This document shows positions 26,296 to 41,470 of a DNA stretch of 64,000 bases, one piece after another. The DNA is from Eledone cirrhosa (taxonomy: Eukaryota). Where the stretch lies: assembly GCA_964016885.1 (NCBI GenBank), contig OZ024740.1:235538001-235602000 (forward strand). The letters are read 5' to 3'. The stretch's first letter is position 1; every line of letters begins with the position of its first letter. The translations under genes and the position numbers were made by a program. Under the pieces are notes generated by a model, which was not told the DNA's origin, ran no database searches, and was given only the letters and a program-made list of their open reading frames with translations.

Positions 26296-26445
26296 AATAT
26301 ATTTTTTCTTATAATTAATTGTGTGTGTGTACATATATCTATATATGTGTGTGCATATGTATACGTGTATATATGTGTGTATGTATGTGTGTGTATGTAC
26401 GTGTGTATATATGTATGATTATGTGTGTGTATGTATGTATATATA

Positions 26446-26492
<47 letters not shown>

Positions 26493-26770
26493 GTGTGTGT
26501 GTTTGTGTATGTGTGTATGTGTATGTATGGATGTGTGTATGTATGTATATATATATATATGTGTATATATATATATATATATATACATGTGTGTGTGTTT
26601 GTGTATGTGTGTATGTGTATGTATGGATATGTGTATATATATATGTGTATGTATGTATATGTATATATGTGTGTATGTGTATATATGTGTGTATGTATAT
26701 ATATATATATATATGTGTATATATATATGTATATATGTGTGTATGTATATATGTATATATGTGTGTGTGT
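26220..26770. repeat. (TA)/(TG) compound microsatellite
   Basis: Directly visible. Confidence 0.95.
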
Positions 26771-26894
26771 TTATCTACTTTTATATTTATTCTTTTTCCT
26801 TTTTTTTCCTTTCCTTCTTCCTTTTCCAGCCTCACTTTCATATAGATTATATTTTTGTTTTTAAAATCCAAAGTGTATAAATACACCAGGATAT

Positions 26895-26955
26895 TTTCAT
26901 TCTGATGACTAAAAACAAATTTTGTTTGCTTTCAAGAAACCACTGGTAAATGAAA
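26895..26955 (+). ncRNA. Type I hammerhead ribozyme motif (eroded stem II)
   Basis: Stem I TTTCATT/AATGAAA, CTGATGA 26902-26908, stem II with mismatches, GAA + stem III ACC-act-GGT, GUA triplet ending at 26948. Confidence 0.7.
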
Positions 26956-27979
26956 TAATTATCTTATGTTGTTTATTACATAACTATTAAGCTCTGTAAC
27001 CTACATAGAGCACTCTTTTTCCTGGACCTTTCCGACGGAATTACTTCATTCATACATATATAAATATATATGTACACACACACACACACAGTTTAACAAT
27101 TGTTCAGACTATTTGGTCTTGAATATATTAGAGCATCACCTCAAGTTCAGCCAGTGCTTTATTAAGATTCTGCTGCTGCTGCTCTTGTTATTGTTGTTTG
27201 TATGTCTGCATATTTAGTCTGATGTTCCATTGTTAGGTTGCAATAGAAAGCAAGGTGGTACCAAGTAATACATACACATTAGGTTGTGAGGACGATATTC
27301 TCAGCAGAATGGACAGAGAAAATTGTAAGAAAAAAATTAAGGAAGATCTAGAAGACTAAATTCATAGACCAGAAAAAAAAAAAAAACTAAATTCATAGAC
27401 CAGAAAAAAAAAAAAAAAAAAAAAATAGCAATGCAATGACTCCTTTTCTAGACAAACATTTAGGTAGAAAATAACAGATACATCACGTCTGTTACACCAA
27501 AGACACAAATAAATGCCTGTATTTACAGAGACATTGAATTTCCACACACACTGAAAATGTCAGTGGTGAATTTACTACTTAGAAGAACATTTAGATCCCC
27601 CACCAACTGAGTAAAGCAAACACTGATCAACAATAGATATTCAAACAAATTAGTAGACTAAGCCATAGAACAATACAGACACAAATACAATACAGTATAA
27701 ACATCAGACATAACAGCTATGACAAATAAACAAACTACATATAAATTATATTACTACTTACAAATAATGTGTATGTGTATATTGAAGTTTCTATACATAT
27801 GAGATAATTCAATCTATTTTGCTACAGTCTCAATATATATACTCCAGTACCAGTCAACTAAGATACATACATATATATATATATATATATGAGATATGTC
27901 CAACCCCTGCTAAATGATAATATTGAGAAAAGTCAACCAGGAAAAAAACACAGTAAAACAATACAGTTCATTGATGATA

Positions 27980-28162
27980 TATTCCATTGTCCGCGGGAAT
28001 TCTTTTGCAGTCTTGTCTGCGGAACACAGCCCCAATACCACTGCACCCTAGGCCCAGAGCCCCTCCCCCTTCCCCCTCTTCTGTGACCCTAAAGCCCTTG
28101 CCTTTCCCTTCCTTTTCCGTTTTCATAACCACAAAAGACACTTGAATGTTTTACAATAAATC
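27980..28162 (+). mobile_element. CRE-clade retrotransposon 3' end
   Basis: SIVRGNSFAVLSA..* (CRE RLE C-terminal motif), pyrimidine-rich 3' UTR similar to 45300-45540, AATAAA. Confidence 0.6.
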
Positions 28163-28919
28163 TGTTATTTTATTTATAAGTAAATAGAAATAAATTGACA
28201 CAAATTTTATATTAGTTTAGTGCTTGATATAGTTGGAAAAGTGCCTTACCATCATTCCTTCATAAGAAGATAGAATGAGAGAAGAAAAAATTGGAAGATA
28301 GATGAGAGTAAGAAAAAAAAGAAAATATTTTTTTAGGAGGAAAGCATTTGAAGTTTGTATACATATGAGATAAAAAGGGTTGGATGGGTTGTCATGCACT
28401 TGATGCAACTGATGAATCCTCTTGACCCTTTTTTGGCCTGGTTTCTATAGCCGGATGCCCATTTTATTAGCAACCACCTTACAGGGTGCAGTTTTCATGG
28501 CACCAGTACTAAACAGGTTGTCATGGCATGATTGGATGGCCCTCTACTATTTTTGGTATAGTTTCTATGACTGGAAGCCCTTCCTAACACTAACTACTTT
28601 ACAGAATGTGCTAGATGTGTTTTATCATGGCAGCAGTACTAGGGAGGTTGTTAGTGAGACTTGAATGAAGAGCTTTCTCTACCCTATCAGGAGTTGGGTT
28701 GTAAGGTGGGAATATGATGGGAGAGGTATGAAGGATGATAAGTATATAATATATGACGAGAGATGGGTTCAAGTAATGATGTGGAGGTAAAGAGAACGGA
28801 TGATAAAGTACATCATGGTTTTAAGCAGGTGTGGTGGAGTTTGTCAGGGTGATGAGAGGTAGAATAGAGGTGTACAATGATGTCGAGAGTAGTTTCTAAG
28901 GAGTGACAGTGGTTGGGTT

Positions 28920-29780
28920 CATTCAGGTAACATTCATCCCATGCCTTCCTAGGTCTACCTCTTCCATGCTCCCTTCATTTCTTTCCAGCCTTCACATCCT
29001 CTGCAGTCACTGCCCATGTTTCCTTATGGTGCAGCATTGCACATCGTCCTCAGGCATCATACAGCTGACCTTTCATTCATAGAGAGAACCGGTTTGTTGT
29101 CAACAGGGGTAGTAACTTTCTAAACTTCTTCCATCTTGTTCTTATTCTAGCTACTATGTTCCTGGAGCACCCACCTCCACTGCTAACTTGGTCACCTAGA
29201 TAGCAGAAGCTATCAACCACTTCTATGGATCCTACCTGGGATTGAAAATGGTGTATATTACTGACACTCTTACTATCAATTTTCCCAGAACAGTCTTCCT
29301 TTCCTGTTAGTTTACCTGCTATCCTGCTACCCAAGATTTCATTGTGAACATAGTATAGAACCTCTACCTACTTCTTTTTTGCATATCAAGCAAGGTCATT
29401 TCTCTGATGGATTCAGGGAATTGTCTTTCTTTCCTACTTATTAACACTTTGGTTTTTGCTAAGTTTACTCTCAGCCCTTTTGATTCTAAGTTCTGTTTTC
29501 ACAGTCTGAATTTGTTCTCTAGTTCTTCTGTGCTTTCAGCTATCAGATAAGATCATCAGCATACAGAAGTTCCCATGGACTACCTGTCTTAAACTCTTCT
29601 GTTATGGCCTGAAGGACTATGATAAACAGAAGTAGGCTAAGAACTGAATTCTGATGCACTCCTACCTGTACCTGAATTCCTCACTAAATTCATTTCATGC
29701 ACTTACTTTACCAACAGTTCCTCTGTACATGGCTTGGACTATTCTCACGAGCCATTCTTTTATACCTAGTTTCCTTAACT
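28920..29780 (-). mobile_element. Older RTE LINE RT fragment
   Basis: GSIEVVDSFCYLGDQVSSGGGCS..ARIRTRWKKFRKLLPLL. Continues at 30065-30250 (IYLEKAFDRVPRSLIW) after a SINE B insertion at about 29865-29990. Confidence 0.85.
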
Positions 29781-31665
29781 CTTTCATGACTGTATTTATA
29801 CTCTTTCAATTAATTAATGCAGAATTTTGAAAGATTACAGAAAGGATTAATTATTTTGTTCCTAATATAATTGTTTCTACTTTTGGCTCAAGGCCAGCAA
29901 TATACCCCAGTGCATTACTGGTACTTTATTTTATTGACCCCGTAAGGATGAAAGGCAATGTTAACCTCGGCGGGATTTGAACTCAGACTGTATAATATCA
30001 TGTTGGAAGATATAAATTTATGTAGGAATTGTTTGAAATGGGTGGTTTTCTTTCATAAGAGTTAAGAACTACCAGATGAGAGATCGTGGTACTCTGTCAA
30101 AGGCTTTCTCTAGATAAATGAAAGCTAGATATATGATTATACTGTTGTGCCAGTCATTAGGTATGACCCTGTCCTGTATTATTTGATTGATTGTGCTGGT
30201 AACTAGTTCAGCTTTTGCTTCCCTAGATGCTTTCAACATCTTCATCACCATCATCTATCTAAATATATGTGATGATGATGAAGCTGCGCAAGCACGTGCA
30301 CACACACACACACACACACACACGTTGTATGAGTGTGTGTTTATGTCCTATAACTTAGTGGTTTGTCAAAAAAGAGATTGATAAAATACATACCATACTT
30401 GAAAAACAAGTGCTGGGGTTGACGTGATTGACTAAATCAAAGAAGTAAGACAGCATGGTTGCATCTGACTAACTGAAATAAATAAAAGCAAAAAAGAACA
30501 TATGCACACATATATTCCTATTTATCTGCTATGTATATATTCATTCTTAGTTAACATTACTTAATTTAATATATTTCATTGTGTGGGTGATAGTAGACTT
30601 GTAAGATTGGTAGGGTTGATGGCGATGATAATGGGGATGAAGGAGATATATAGTAAGTACAAAGACGATGAAAATGAAGGAGACGGCAGCAATAATAGCA
30701 ACAATATGGAATAAAAAAGGGACAAAATGTAGTGTTGAAGAAGATAATGATGGGTGGGTAAGAAGGACCAAAAAGATGCTGGTAATGTAGTGAGGTCTGA
30801 AGACGAAGCATAGAGAATAAATAGATGATGCTGCAGAGAGATGGAAAAGAATAAAAGACAAGAATGTGAAAAAGAGAGATGAAGATGGAAGAAGGAGATG
30901 CAAGATGTAAAGATACAAGAAAATGAAGAAAAGAGAATAAGAAGATAGAGGTTGGAAAAGAAGAGAAACAAAAATAAATAAATAAAACAGTGTATTTCTC
31001 TTTCTTGTGTGTCCAATTCAATTTATTTGGCGTTAAACAGCAATTTTCAGTGAAATTAATGACCTGCTCTTCTTTAGGCGACTTACCAAACATTGCTTTT
31101 CTCTTAATCTCTTCATCTATGTTCCTTCATTATCCACTGCTTCCTGATTTAAGTGAAAGCTGTAGTTTTCTCTGCTGTTCTTTTAGGCTTTTTATGGGTG
31201 TTATCTGTGAGTCTAGTTTGTTATATATATATTTACTAATGTTCTACCTCCATGTAATTAGCTGCAAGGCTGTTTTCATTGATCTAATATTAACACACCA
31301 ATGGCAATGCTGTTCTAGCTAGCTTCTTTCTGAATATATATATAGTGAAAAACATTGGTTAATCAAGTAATCGACCGACTGTAGTGTAAACAGACATAAG
31401 CACTCCACGGTTATGAAAAACAGGCATGGCAAACAAAACATGGAATGAGGCTATACAATAGGGAAATAGCCACATAACACCAATCAAGGAACTCTATAGA
31501 TCTAGGTTAATCTAACCACCAAGTATGGGGTTCTTTTCCAGCTGTATTCTCCAGCCGAGAAGTGCAACATGAGAGTAGGCTCATACTACCCACCTTTCAG
31601 TAAATTCACTGGAGGCAGCACCTTTCTCTCTCTCTTTCCATTCTAACCTTTCCACATTGAACTTG

Positions 31666-31710
31666 AAGAACTTGATGAGGTCATGACCAAAGAGGAAAGT
31701 GTCTGTTCTT
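31666..31710 (+). ncRNA. Degenerate hammerhead-like motif
   Basis: AAGAAC-TTGATGA-GGTC at GACC-aaagag-GAAA-gt-GTC-t-GTTCTT. C3 is mutated and there is a 6-nt insertion. Confidence 0.4.
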
Positions 31711-32529
31711 AGTCCTTTCATTAATATCTACCATATAGTCTTTATTATCATAGTCACCAGACACTTTGCAGACACGGGACAGTGATAAGGCAAAGCTCAC
31801 AATTGACACAGCTAATAGCCTAATAGTAGAATCCATCCTAGACATGACAGCAGCTATTTGACATAACTTTACATGTAAACAATGCTTGGAGATTGAGTAA
31901 GTGTTTGCAGAACAGTTTCATTGGTTTTGTGTATGTAAGACAGGCTTAGTTAATGGCAATCTCCAAGGTAGCATTGTAAGGCTTAGGATTTCTGGGAGTT
32001 ATTAATAATCTCCAGAGTGAAATTCTCCCTGGACTGGCTGATCTGTTGATCTTCATCAACACCCAGTATTCTCCTAAGAATGTTGCTCACACTTACAATT
32101 AACCCTCTATAGAATGTAAGGATTGATATACCATTAGCTGTGCTGCTTGACTTAGTACCTATCAGACTGTTGGAAATGCCTAAGTAAATTTTGGAGGCTT
32201 TCAAACCCACTCACTTAATGTATACTTCAACACAATCACAGTATGTATCTAAGATTCCGTTTCAGATCTCCAAACCACCACTAGTACTAATGAATTAGAT
32301 ATTCCCAAGAATGACTCTAGATGACCACTCTATACATGGTATGCATGGCCACTAGTCTGAAGGTAGAAACCACCACCTTGCCATCCAAGTCCAGAAAAGT
32401 GATTATTATTTTGATATCCAAACCTTTCTGAAACAACACTGCTAAATCTTGGTCAACTGAAAGATGCATATTCCTCGTAGTTGTTAAGAATAAGCATATG
32501 CGATTGAGTGCAGGAAATGCTGGTCATAC

Positions 32530-33342
32530 ATCATCATCATCATCACCGTTTTACGTCCGTTCTTCCACGCTAGCATGGGTTAGATGGGTTGTCCTGTTGT
32601 GGGCAGTGTCTGGTCGGCTGACCATGCTTTGCTCATACAGGAACTGATTTGACTTGATTTCTACAGCTGGATGCCCTTCCTAACACCAACCTCATTTACA
32701 GTGAGTGCTGGGTGCTTTTTCGTGGCGCCTACATATCCACTTTACAGTGTGGGCTGGGTGCTTTTTTGCCGTGCACCTCCACGACCACCTTGCGGTGGGA
32801 GGATGTGGGGCCATATTGTCTATATGCTTCAGCTTGTACCCATGGGAGGTCGGGTACTCTGTATTACTGCGTGACGCCAGAGGTCACGGTCGTGTGTCAT
32901 CGCCTTTGAGAGGTGTAATTGGGTAAGGTCGGCTTTTATCACCTCATCCCAGGTCATCTTGGGTCTCCCCACTCCGCGGTTTCCATCGACTTCTAGTGCT
33001 CTGCACCTTTTTATGCAGCTGTCATCCTTCATACGCATCACATGTCCATACCAGCGCAACCGCCTCTCCTGCACACAGCATTTGATTCCTCTTATGCTCA
33101 GTCTCTCTCTCAATTCATTTATGCTTTGTCGTTCGCGTACATTACTATTACACATCCATCGGAGCATGCAGGCTTCGTTTCTCTCTAATCTACGTAAGTC
33201 TTCCACCTTCAGCGCCCAGGTCTCACTACCATGCAACATCGCTGTTCGGATACACGTATCATACAGTCTGCCTTTCATTTTGAGGGAGAAGCCTTTTGAA
33301 GCTAGCAGTGGTAGTAGTTCCCTAAACTTCTTCCATCCCGTT
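32530..33342 (-). mobile_element. 5'-truncated RTE LINE (second subfamily)
   Basis: ORF 32829-33278 MLHGSETW..RRLRWYGHVMRM..GRPKMTW, with a 3' UTR matching the family A SINE tail. Confidence 0.92.
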
Positions 33343-33764
33343 CATATGGTCATCATATTCAAACCCAGTGACCTGTGGTTGTTAAGCAAATTACTTTATT
33401 TCCAAGCTATTCCAGATTATGTGTACTTATAGAACCAGCTTTCAGTATGACCATGTTGAGCAAAGAAAAAAGTGAACAGAGTCACTTGTTATGAAGAACT
33501 GATAATCTTTAATAGGACTGAAGCAGGTTATTGAAGGGCTCCTTTAAAGTGTTCTTTCCCTTTCTTTTTTTCCTTTTATATTTTTTTTGAAAACTCACAC
33601 ATGACATAGGCTGGCAAAATAGAATGACTGGCCCTATCTGTTTTCCATCCAATCAACAACAAAATACTCAACAAAAATACATTAAAACAAAACCCTTTAT
33701 AAACATATATGGAGTAAAGTGAGAAACAATTCGTAGGAACATGAATAATAAATATAATAATTAT

Positions 33765-34515
33765 GATAATTGTTTCTACTTTTGGCACAAGGCCAGCAAT
33801 TATTCCACTGCATTACTGGTGTTTTATTTTATCGACCCTGTAAAGACGAAAGGCAAAGTTTACCTTGGCGGGATTTGTACTCAGACCAGAAAGGGACGTA
33901 ACTCTATGCTGCAAAGCATGGCATCGAACCCTCTATCGATACTACCAATTCACCATGATAATAATGATTTATTTTGCTTCAAATGTAATGGATGAGGAAT
34001 AATAAAGTTTCAACTTTTGGCACAAGGCCAGCAATTATTCCACTGCATAACTGGTGTTTTATTTTATTGACCCCGTAAGGATGAAAGGCAAAGTTAACCT
34101 CGTCGGGATTTGGACTCATAACGTAAAGGGCCATAACTCTGTGCTGCAAAGCTTGGTGTCTGACGTTCTACTGATACTGCCAATCCACATAGTAATAATA
34201 ATAATAATGGTTTCTGATTTATTTGCAAGGGCAGCAATTTTGGCGTTATGGCAGCACCCTTATGATTCCACCAGAAGTTATGGGCCAATGTTGAGAATAT
34301 TTTATCTGCTAATCCCTGCACAAGGCCAGTCAGTGTTGGGGGAGACATCAGTCAATAACATTGACCCCAGTACTTTACTGGTACTTTATTTTATCAACCC
34401 CAGAAGGATGAAAGGCAGAGTTGACCTCGGTGGGATTTGAACTCAGAACATAAAAGAACCAGAACAAATAATGCGAGTCTGATGCTTTAATGAATCTGCC
34501 AATTCACTGCCTTTA
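33765..34515 (-). mobile_element. Tandem array of three family B SINEs separated by TAA-rich spacers
   Basis: Repeated TTTTGGCACAAGGCCAGCAA..TTTTATCGACCCC..AAAGGCAAAGTT..GGGATTTG.ACTCAGA. Confidence 0.85.
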
Positions 34516-34547
34516 AACACCACCACCACCACAACACTCACACTCCC

Positions 34548-34810
34548 ACCACCACCACCACAATATACTGACATCAACACACACCCACCAAGATAACCTT
34601 ATCCCCATCACACAGCCACCACTACATACCACCACCACCACCACAATATACTGACATCAACACACACCCACCAAGATAACCTTATCCCCATCACACAGCC
34701 ACCACTACATACCACCACCACCACCACAATATACTGACATCAACACACACCCACCAAGATAACCTTATCCCCATCACACAGCCACCACTACATACCACCA
34801 CCACCACCAC
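34548..34810. repeat. 83-bp tandem repeat, about 3 copies
   Basis: CAATATACTGACATC recurs at 34561, 34644 and 34727. Confidence 0.92.
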
Positions 34811-35544
34811 TATTATATTCATAACCATTTTCACCACAACCAATAACACCACCTCCATGATTATCATCTGAATAAGAATAAATATATAATCTGATTATTT
34901 ATCTATGAATCAAGTTACTCTACTCAGGTTTTCCATTCTGTTTATTGTATTTCCAATTTCAGGAAGATATTGTACAGATAAGCAACAAGGAACACTGCAA
35001 TAAACACACACACACACACTCTCTCTCACACACACATGCACACTCTCTCTCTCTGACACACACACACAGCTCTCAGGGACATATTGATAGATATGGATAT
35101 GTGCACACACAATCACAGCTCACAAAGACAATCTGATAGATAAGAAAAATTTCTAGAGTATCTGCCACCCAACATGTCTTCCTGGTCTCTCCCTATCTCT
35201 TAGTAACAAATATGTAGCTACTACTTCCTCCTCCACAGTGCTACTCCTTCCAAAATCTAACACACCCTCTCCCATTACAGCCACTCTTCATGCTGCCAAG
35301 GTCACAGCGACCTTTTTAGTAGTGGTGCCATGATAAAACACACTCAGTACACTGTAAGCAATAGTGCTGGTGCCACAAAAAATGCGCCCTGTACACTTTG
35401 TAAAATGGTTGGCATTAGAAATGGCATCCAGTTGTAGAAACCTTACCAAAGATGGTATGTGTGAACAAAACATGGTCCCCTGACCCATCTAGTCTCGACT
35501 GTGCCAACCTGTCCAACTCATGCCAGCTTGGAAAATGGACATAA

Positions 35545-35545
35545 A

Positions 35546-35581
<36 letters not shown>

Positions 35582-35975
35582 GTGGATTGGCAGTATCGGT
35601 AGAGGCTTTGCAGCACAGTTACGTCCCTTTACGAACTGAGTTCAAATCCCGCCGAGGTTAACTTTGCCTTTCATCCTTACGGGGTCGATAAAATAAAGTA
35701 CCAGTAATGCACTGGGTAATTTGCTGGCCTTGTGCCAAAATTAGAAACAATTATTATTATTATTATTATAACATTGATAGGTGGTGGATTGGCAGTATCG
35801 GTAGAGGGTCGGACGCCATGCTTTGACGCATAGAGTTACGGCCCTTGCCATTCTGAGTTCAAATCCCGCCGAGGATAACTTTGCCTTTATCCTTACCGGG
35901 GTCGATAAAATAAAGTACCAGTAATACACTGGGATAATTGCTGGCCTTGTGCCAAAAGTAGAAACAATTATTATG
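35545..35975 (+). mobile_element. Tandem dimer of family B SINEs within (TTA)n tracts
   Basis: Two copies starting GGATTGGCAGTATCGGTAGAG (A-box), each ending AGAAACAATTATT. Confidence 0.88.
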
Positions 35976-36404
35976 ATAACATTGATGATATATATATATA
36001 TATATCATCATTTTACATCTGCTTTCCATGTTGGAATGGGTTGGACAGGTTATCACAGTAAATCAATTCTTATTTGGAGTTACTGCCTTACTAAGCAGGT
36101 TGGAAATAAAGACATGTTCATACATTCTAATTTTGACATTGTTTGTATGACTGGATACACTTGCTAACTTCAAGCGCTTTACAGAGTGTACTAGATGCAT
36201 TTTATCCTGTTTTATTATGATTTATATTACATAACACAAACACACACACACAAACATATGGATCTCGGGGATTTTCTGATAAATCCTTCCTTGTTTGCGC
36301 TCTTTACTAACAGTTTGTGGAGCCTAAAGTGAGAGCTAAATGCTAGGTGGTAGCCAGTGACAACCAAGTTGTTTGAAGCAGTACTGTCCCTCCATAAAAA
36401 CCCA

Positions 36405-37010
36405 TATCATCATCATCATCATCACCGTTTTACGTCCATTTTTTCCACGCTAGCATGGGTTAGACAAGTTGTCCTGTCGTGAGCAATGCCAGGCTGGGTG
36501 ATCATGTCTTGCTCATACAGAACTGATTTTGGCTTGATTTCTACAGCTGGATGTCCTTCCTAACACAAAGTTCATTTACAGTGAGTACTGGGTGGTTTTT
36601 ATAATGGCACCTACACAACCACTTTACAGTGTGGACTGTGTACTTTTTGTCATGACACCTACATCACCACTTTACAGTGTGGACTGTGTACTTTTTGTCA
36701 TGACACCTACATCACCACTTTACAGTGTGGACTGTGTACTTTTTGTCATGACACCTACATCACCACTTTACAGTGTGGACTGTGTACTTTTTGTCATGAC
36801 ACCTACATCACCACTTTACAGTGTGGACTGTGTACTTTTTGTCATAACACCTACACGACCACTTTACAGTGGGCAGGTGGGGTGAGGTGGGTGGGGGGCA
36901 TACTGTATATGTGCTTCAGCTTCAGCTTGTGTGCCTGTGGGGAGTTGGATCTTCTGTATTACTGCGTAATGCCAGAGGTCTCAGTCCTGTGGCATTGCCT
37001 TTGAGAGATG
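36405..37010 (-). mobile_element. RTE 3' end with five to six tandem 48-bp tail modules
   Basis: Unit GACACCTACATCACCACTTTACAGTGTGGACTGTGTACTTTTTGTCAT at 36600-36870. Flanks match 32530-32910. Confidence 0.85.
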
Positions 37011-37975
37011 GATAAATATGGAAGAGAGAATGATATAATAGTATAGTGACTGAAGGTGTTTGGTCACATAGCTGGATATATGAATGTTTAGACAACATCT
37101 AGTGGTAGTAAATGAGTGTAGTTGGATTTACGATTGTAAAAATTGTGGATTCAATTCCCAGGTTAAGTAGTATGTTGTCTTCTTGAGTAAAACACTTTGT
37201 TTCATGTTGTTCCACTCAACTCAGCTGAAAATGAGTACCATCAACAACTGGGGGTGGGAAGAAGTTAGCCCTTTATGGACTGGCATTCTGTCCAGGGAAA
37301 AGTCTTGTACTCTCTGTTGCTTAAATGGCCGTGAAACCAGGATAAGCAGTAAACCTGATCAGCCTCCAGGCTTTGGACAATTTTTTTTATTTATCATTGC
37401 CATCATAACTCTACCATCCATAACCACCTCCAAGGTTACTATTCTAGCATCACCACCACCATCACCAGTGCCACCATCACAACCACAGCTACATTACTAT
37501 AATGCATAATCACATAATACATCACCACCACCACCACCACCACCACCACCACCACCATTGTATTACTGTAACCATCGGCATCACTTACGTTGCTACCTCC
37601 TACTACACTATTCCCACCACTGCCACCACCATTATCACTCCCAAAACCACAACCACCGCGACCACCACCACCACAGGTGTACTACAACTACAGAAGTGCT
37701 CTCAATCAACTAAGGTGTTATGTTCTCATTAAGTGAGGAGGGCTAACAACAACAACAACAACTTCCTTGACAAGGATCACAACAACACCAGATAAAAGTT
37801 TGTCAATCAAATTATGAAGCAGTGAAGAACGTGTAGTAGACTGCGTGTGTATGTATGTGTGTGTGTGTGGGGGGAAAGAATGCGTGTGAGTGTATGTGTG
37901 TGTATGTGAGGGAGAAATAGAGATGGAGGGAGGGAGAGTGAGAAAAGAGAATGTGTATGAGTGTGTGTGTGTATG

Positions 37976-38007
<32 letters not shown>

Positions 38008-38055
38008 TGTGTGTGTATATATATATGTATATATATATATGTATATATATATATG

Positions 38056-38086
<31 letters not shown>

Positions 38087-38133
38087 GTATATATATATAT
38101 GTATGTATATATATATATGTATATATATATATG

Positions 38134-38164
<31 letters not shown>

Positions 38165-38331
38165 GTATATATATATATGTATATATATATATGTATGTAT
38201 ATATATTTATGTATGTATATATATTTATGTATTTATATATATTTATGTATTTATATATATGTATATATATATATATGTATATATATGTATATATATATAT
38301 GTATATATGTATATATATATATGTATATATG

Positions 38332-38376
<45 letters not shown>

Positions 38377-38484
38377 GTATATATATATGTATATATATAT
38401 ATGTATATATATATATGTATATATATGTATATATATATATGTATATATATATATGTATATATATGTATATATATATATGTATAT

Positions 38485-38518
<34 letters not shown>

Positions 38519-38850
38519 ATGCATATATATATGCATATATATATATATATGTATATATATGTATATATATTTATGTATTTATATATATGTATGTATTTAT
38601 ATGTATATATATATATGTATATATATTTATGTATTTATATATATATGTATGTATTTATATATATGTATATATATGTATATATATATATGTATATATATAT
38701 GTATATATATATATATATGTATATATATATGTATATATATGTGTATATATATATGTATATATATGTATGTATATATATGTATATATATGTATATATATAT
38801 ATGTATATATATATATGTATATATATGTATATATATATGTATATGTATAT

Positions 38851-38888
<38 letters not shown>

Positions 38889-39133
38889 GTATATGTATAT
38901 ATATATGTATATATGTATATGTATATATATATGTATATATATATGTATATATATATATGTATATATATATGTATATATATATGTATATATATATATGTAT
39001 ATATATATGTATATGTATATATATATGTATATATATATGTATATATATATATGTATATATATATGTATATATATATGTATATATATATGTATATATATAT
39101 ATGTATATATATATGTATATGTATATATATATG

Positions 39134-39188
<55 letters not shown>

Positions 39189-39361
39189 GTATATATATAT
39201 GTATATATATATGTATATATGTATATATATATGTATATATATATGTATATATATATGTATATATATGTATATATATATATGTATATATATATATGTATAT
39301 ATGTATATATATGTATATATATATATGTATATATATATGTATATATATATATGTATATATG

Positions 39362-39392
<31 letters not shown>

Positions 39393-39401
39393 GTATATAT
39401 G

Positions 39402-39432
<31 letters not shown>

Positions 39433-39441
39433 GTATATATG

Positions 39442-39505
<64 letters not shown>

Positions 39506-39714
39506 AAATAAAGTTAAATAAAAGTCAAATGATTAAAATTTAGCTTCGTTTATTACTGCTATATATATTTCAGTGACATGTATATATATATATATGTATA
39601 TATATGTATATGTATATATATATGTATATATATGTATATGTATATATATATGTATATATATGTATATGTATATGTAGGAGGTGAGTTTTATTGTAGTACA
39701 ATAAAGCAATGCAG

Positions 39715-39755
39715 ATATCGGATAAGAAGCACTCTTGAAATGCGCATAATAAAAT
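39715..39755 (+). ncRNA. Degenerate hammerhead-like motif inside the microsatellite island
   Basis: CGGATAA (two changes from CUGAUGA), short stem, GAA + palindrome ATGCGCAT + A, overlapping AATAAA. Confidence 0.35.
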
Positions 39756-39885
39756 ACATGGAACTCTTTTAACCATCTTTTGTTCTTATATATTATGTAT
39801 ATGTATATATATATATGTATATGTATATATATGTATATATATATATATATATGTCTATATATATATATATGTGTATATATATATG

Positions 39886-39918
<33 letters not shown>

Positions 39919-39925
39919 GTATATG

Positions 39926-39956
<31 letters not shown>

Positions 39957-39964
39957 GTATATGT

Positions 39965-40067
<103 letters not shown>

Positions 40068-40383
40068 TATGTATATGTATATATATGTATATGTATATAT
40101 ATGTATGTATATATATATGTATGTATATGTATATATATGTATATGTATATGTATATATATGTATGTATATATATGTATATATATATATGTATATATATAT
40201 ATGTATATATATATGTATATGTATATATATATGTATATGTATATATATATGTATATGTATATGTATATGTATATATATATGTATATGTATATATATATGT
40301 ATATATGTATATATATATGTACATGTATATATACATGTACATGTATATATATATGTACATGTATATATATATATATTTATATG

Positions 40384-40456
<73 letters not shown>

Positions 40457-40579
40457 GTATATTTATATATATATGTATATATATATGTATATATATATGT
40501 ATATGTATATATATGTGTATATATATATGTATATATATATGTATATATATATATATATGTATATGTGTATATATATATG

Positions 40580-40628
<49 letters not shown>

Positions 40629-40733
40629 GTATATATATATATGTATATATATGTATATATATGTATATATATGTATATATATATGTATATATATATGTAT
40701 ATATATATGTATATATATATGTATATATATATG

Positions 40734-40814
<81 letters not shown>

Positions 40815-40940
40815 GTATATATATATGTATATATATATATATGTATATATATATGTATGTATATATATGTATATATATGTATATATATATGTATGTATAT
40901 ATATATGTATATATATATATATATATGTATATGTATATAT

Positions 40941-40996
<56 letters not shown>

Positions 40997-41074
40997 GTAT
41001 ATGTATATATAAATATATATGTATATGTATAAGGAATATATATGTATATGTATATGTATATATATTTATATATG

Positions 41075-41123
<49 letters not shown>

Positions 41124-41432
41124 GTATATATATATGTATATGTATATATATGTATATGTATATATATGTATATGTATATATATGTATATGTATATATATG
41201 TATATATATATATATGTAAATGTATGTATATATATATATATGTAAATGTATGTATATATATATATATGTAAATGTATGTATATGTATATATATGTATATA
41301 TATGTATATATATATATGTATATATATATGTATATATATATATGTATATATATATGTATATATATATGTATATATATATGTATGTATATATATATGTATA
41401 TATATATGTATATATATATGTATATATATATG

Positions 41433-41469
<37 letters not shown>

Positions 41470-41470
<1 letters not shown>

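Noticed and set aside
30547-31093. Hydrophobic minus-strand ORFs
   Set aside because: Antisense translation of purine-rich low-complexity sequence, open in three frames.
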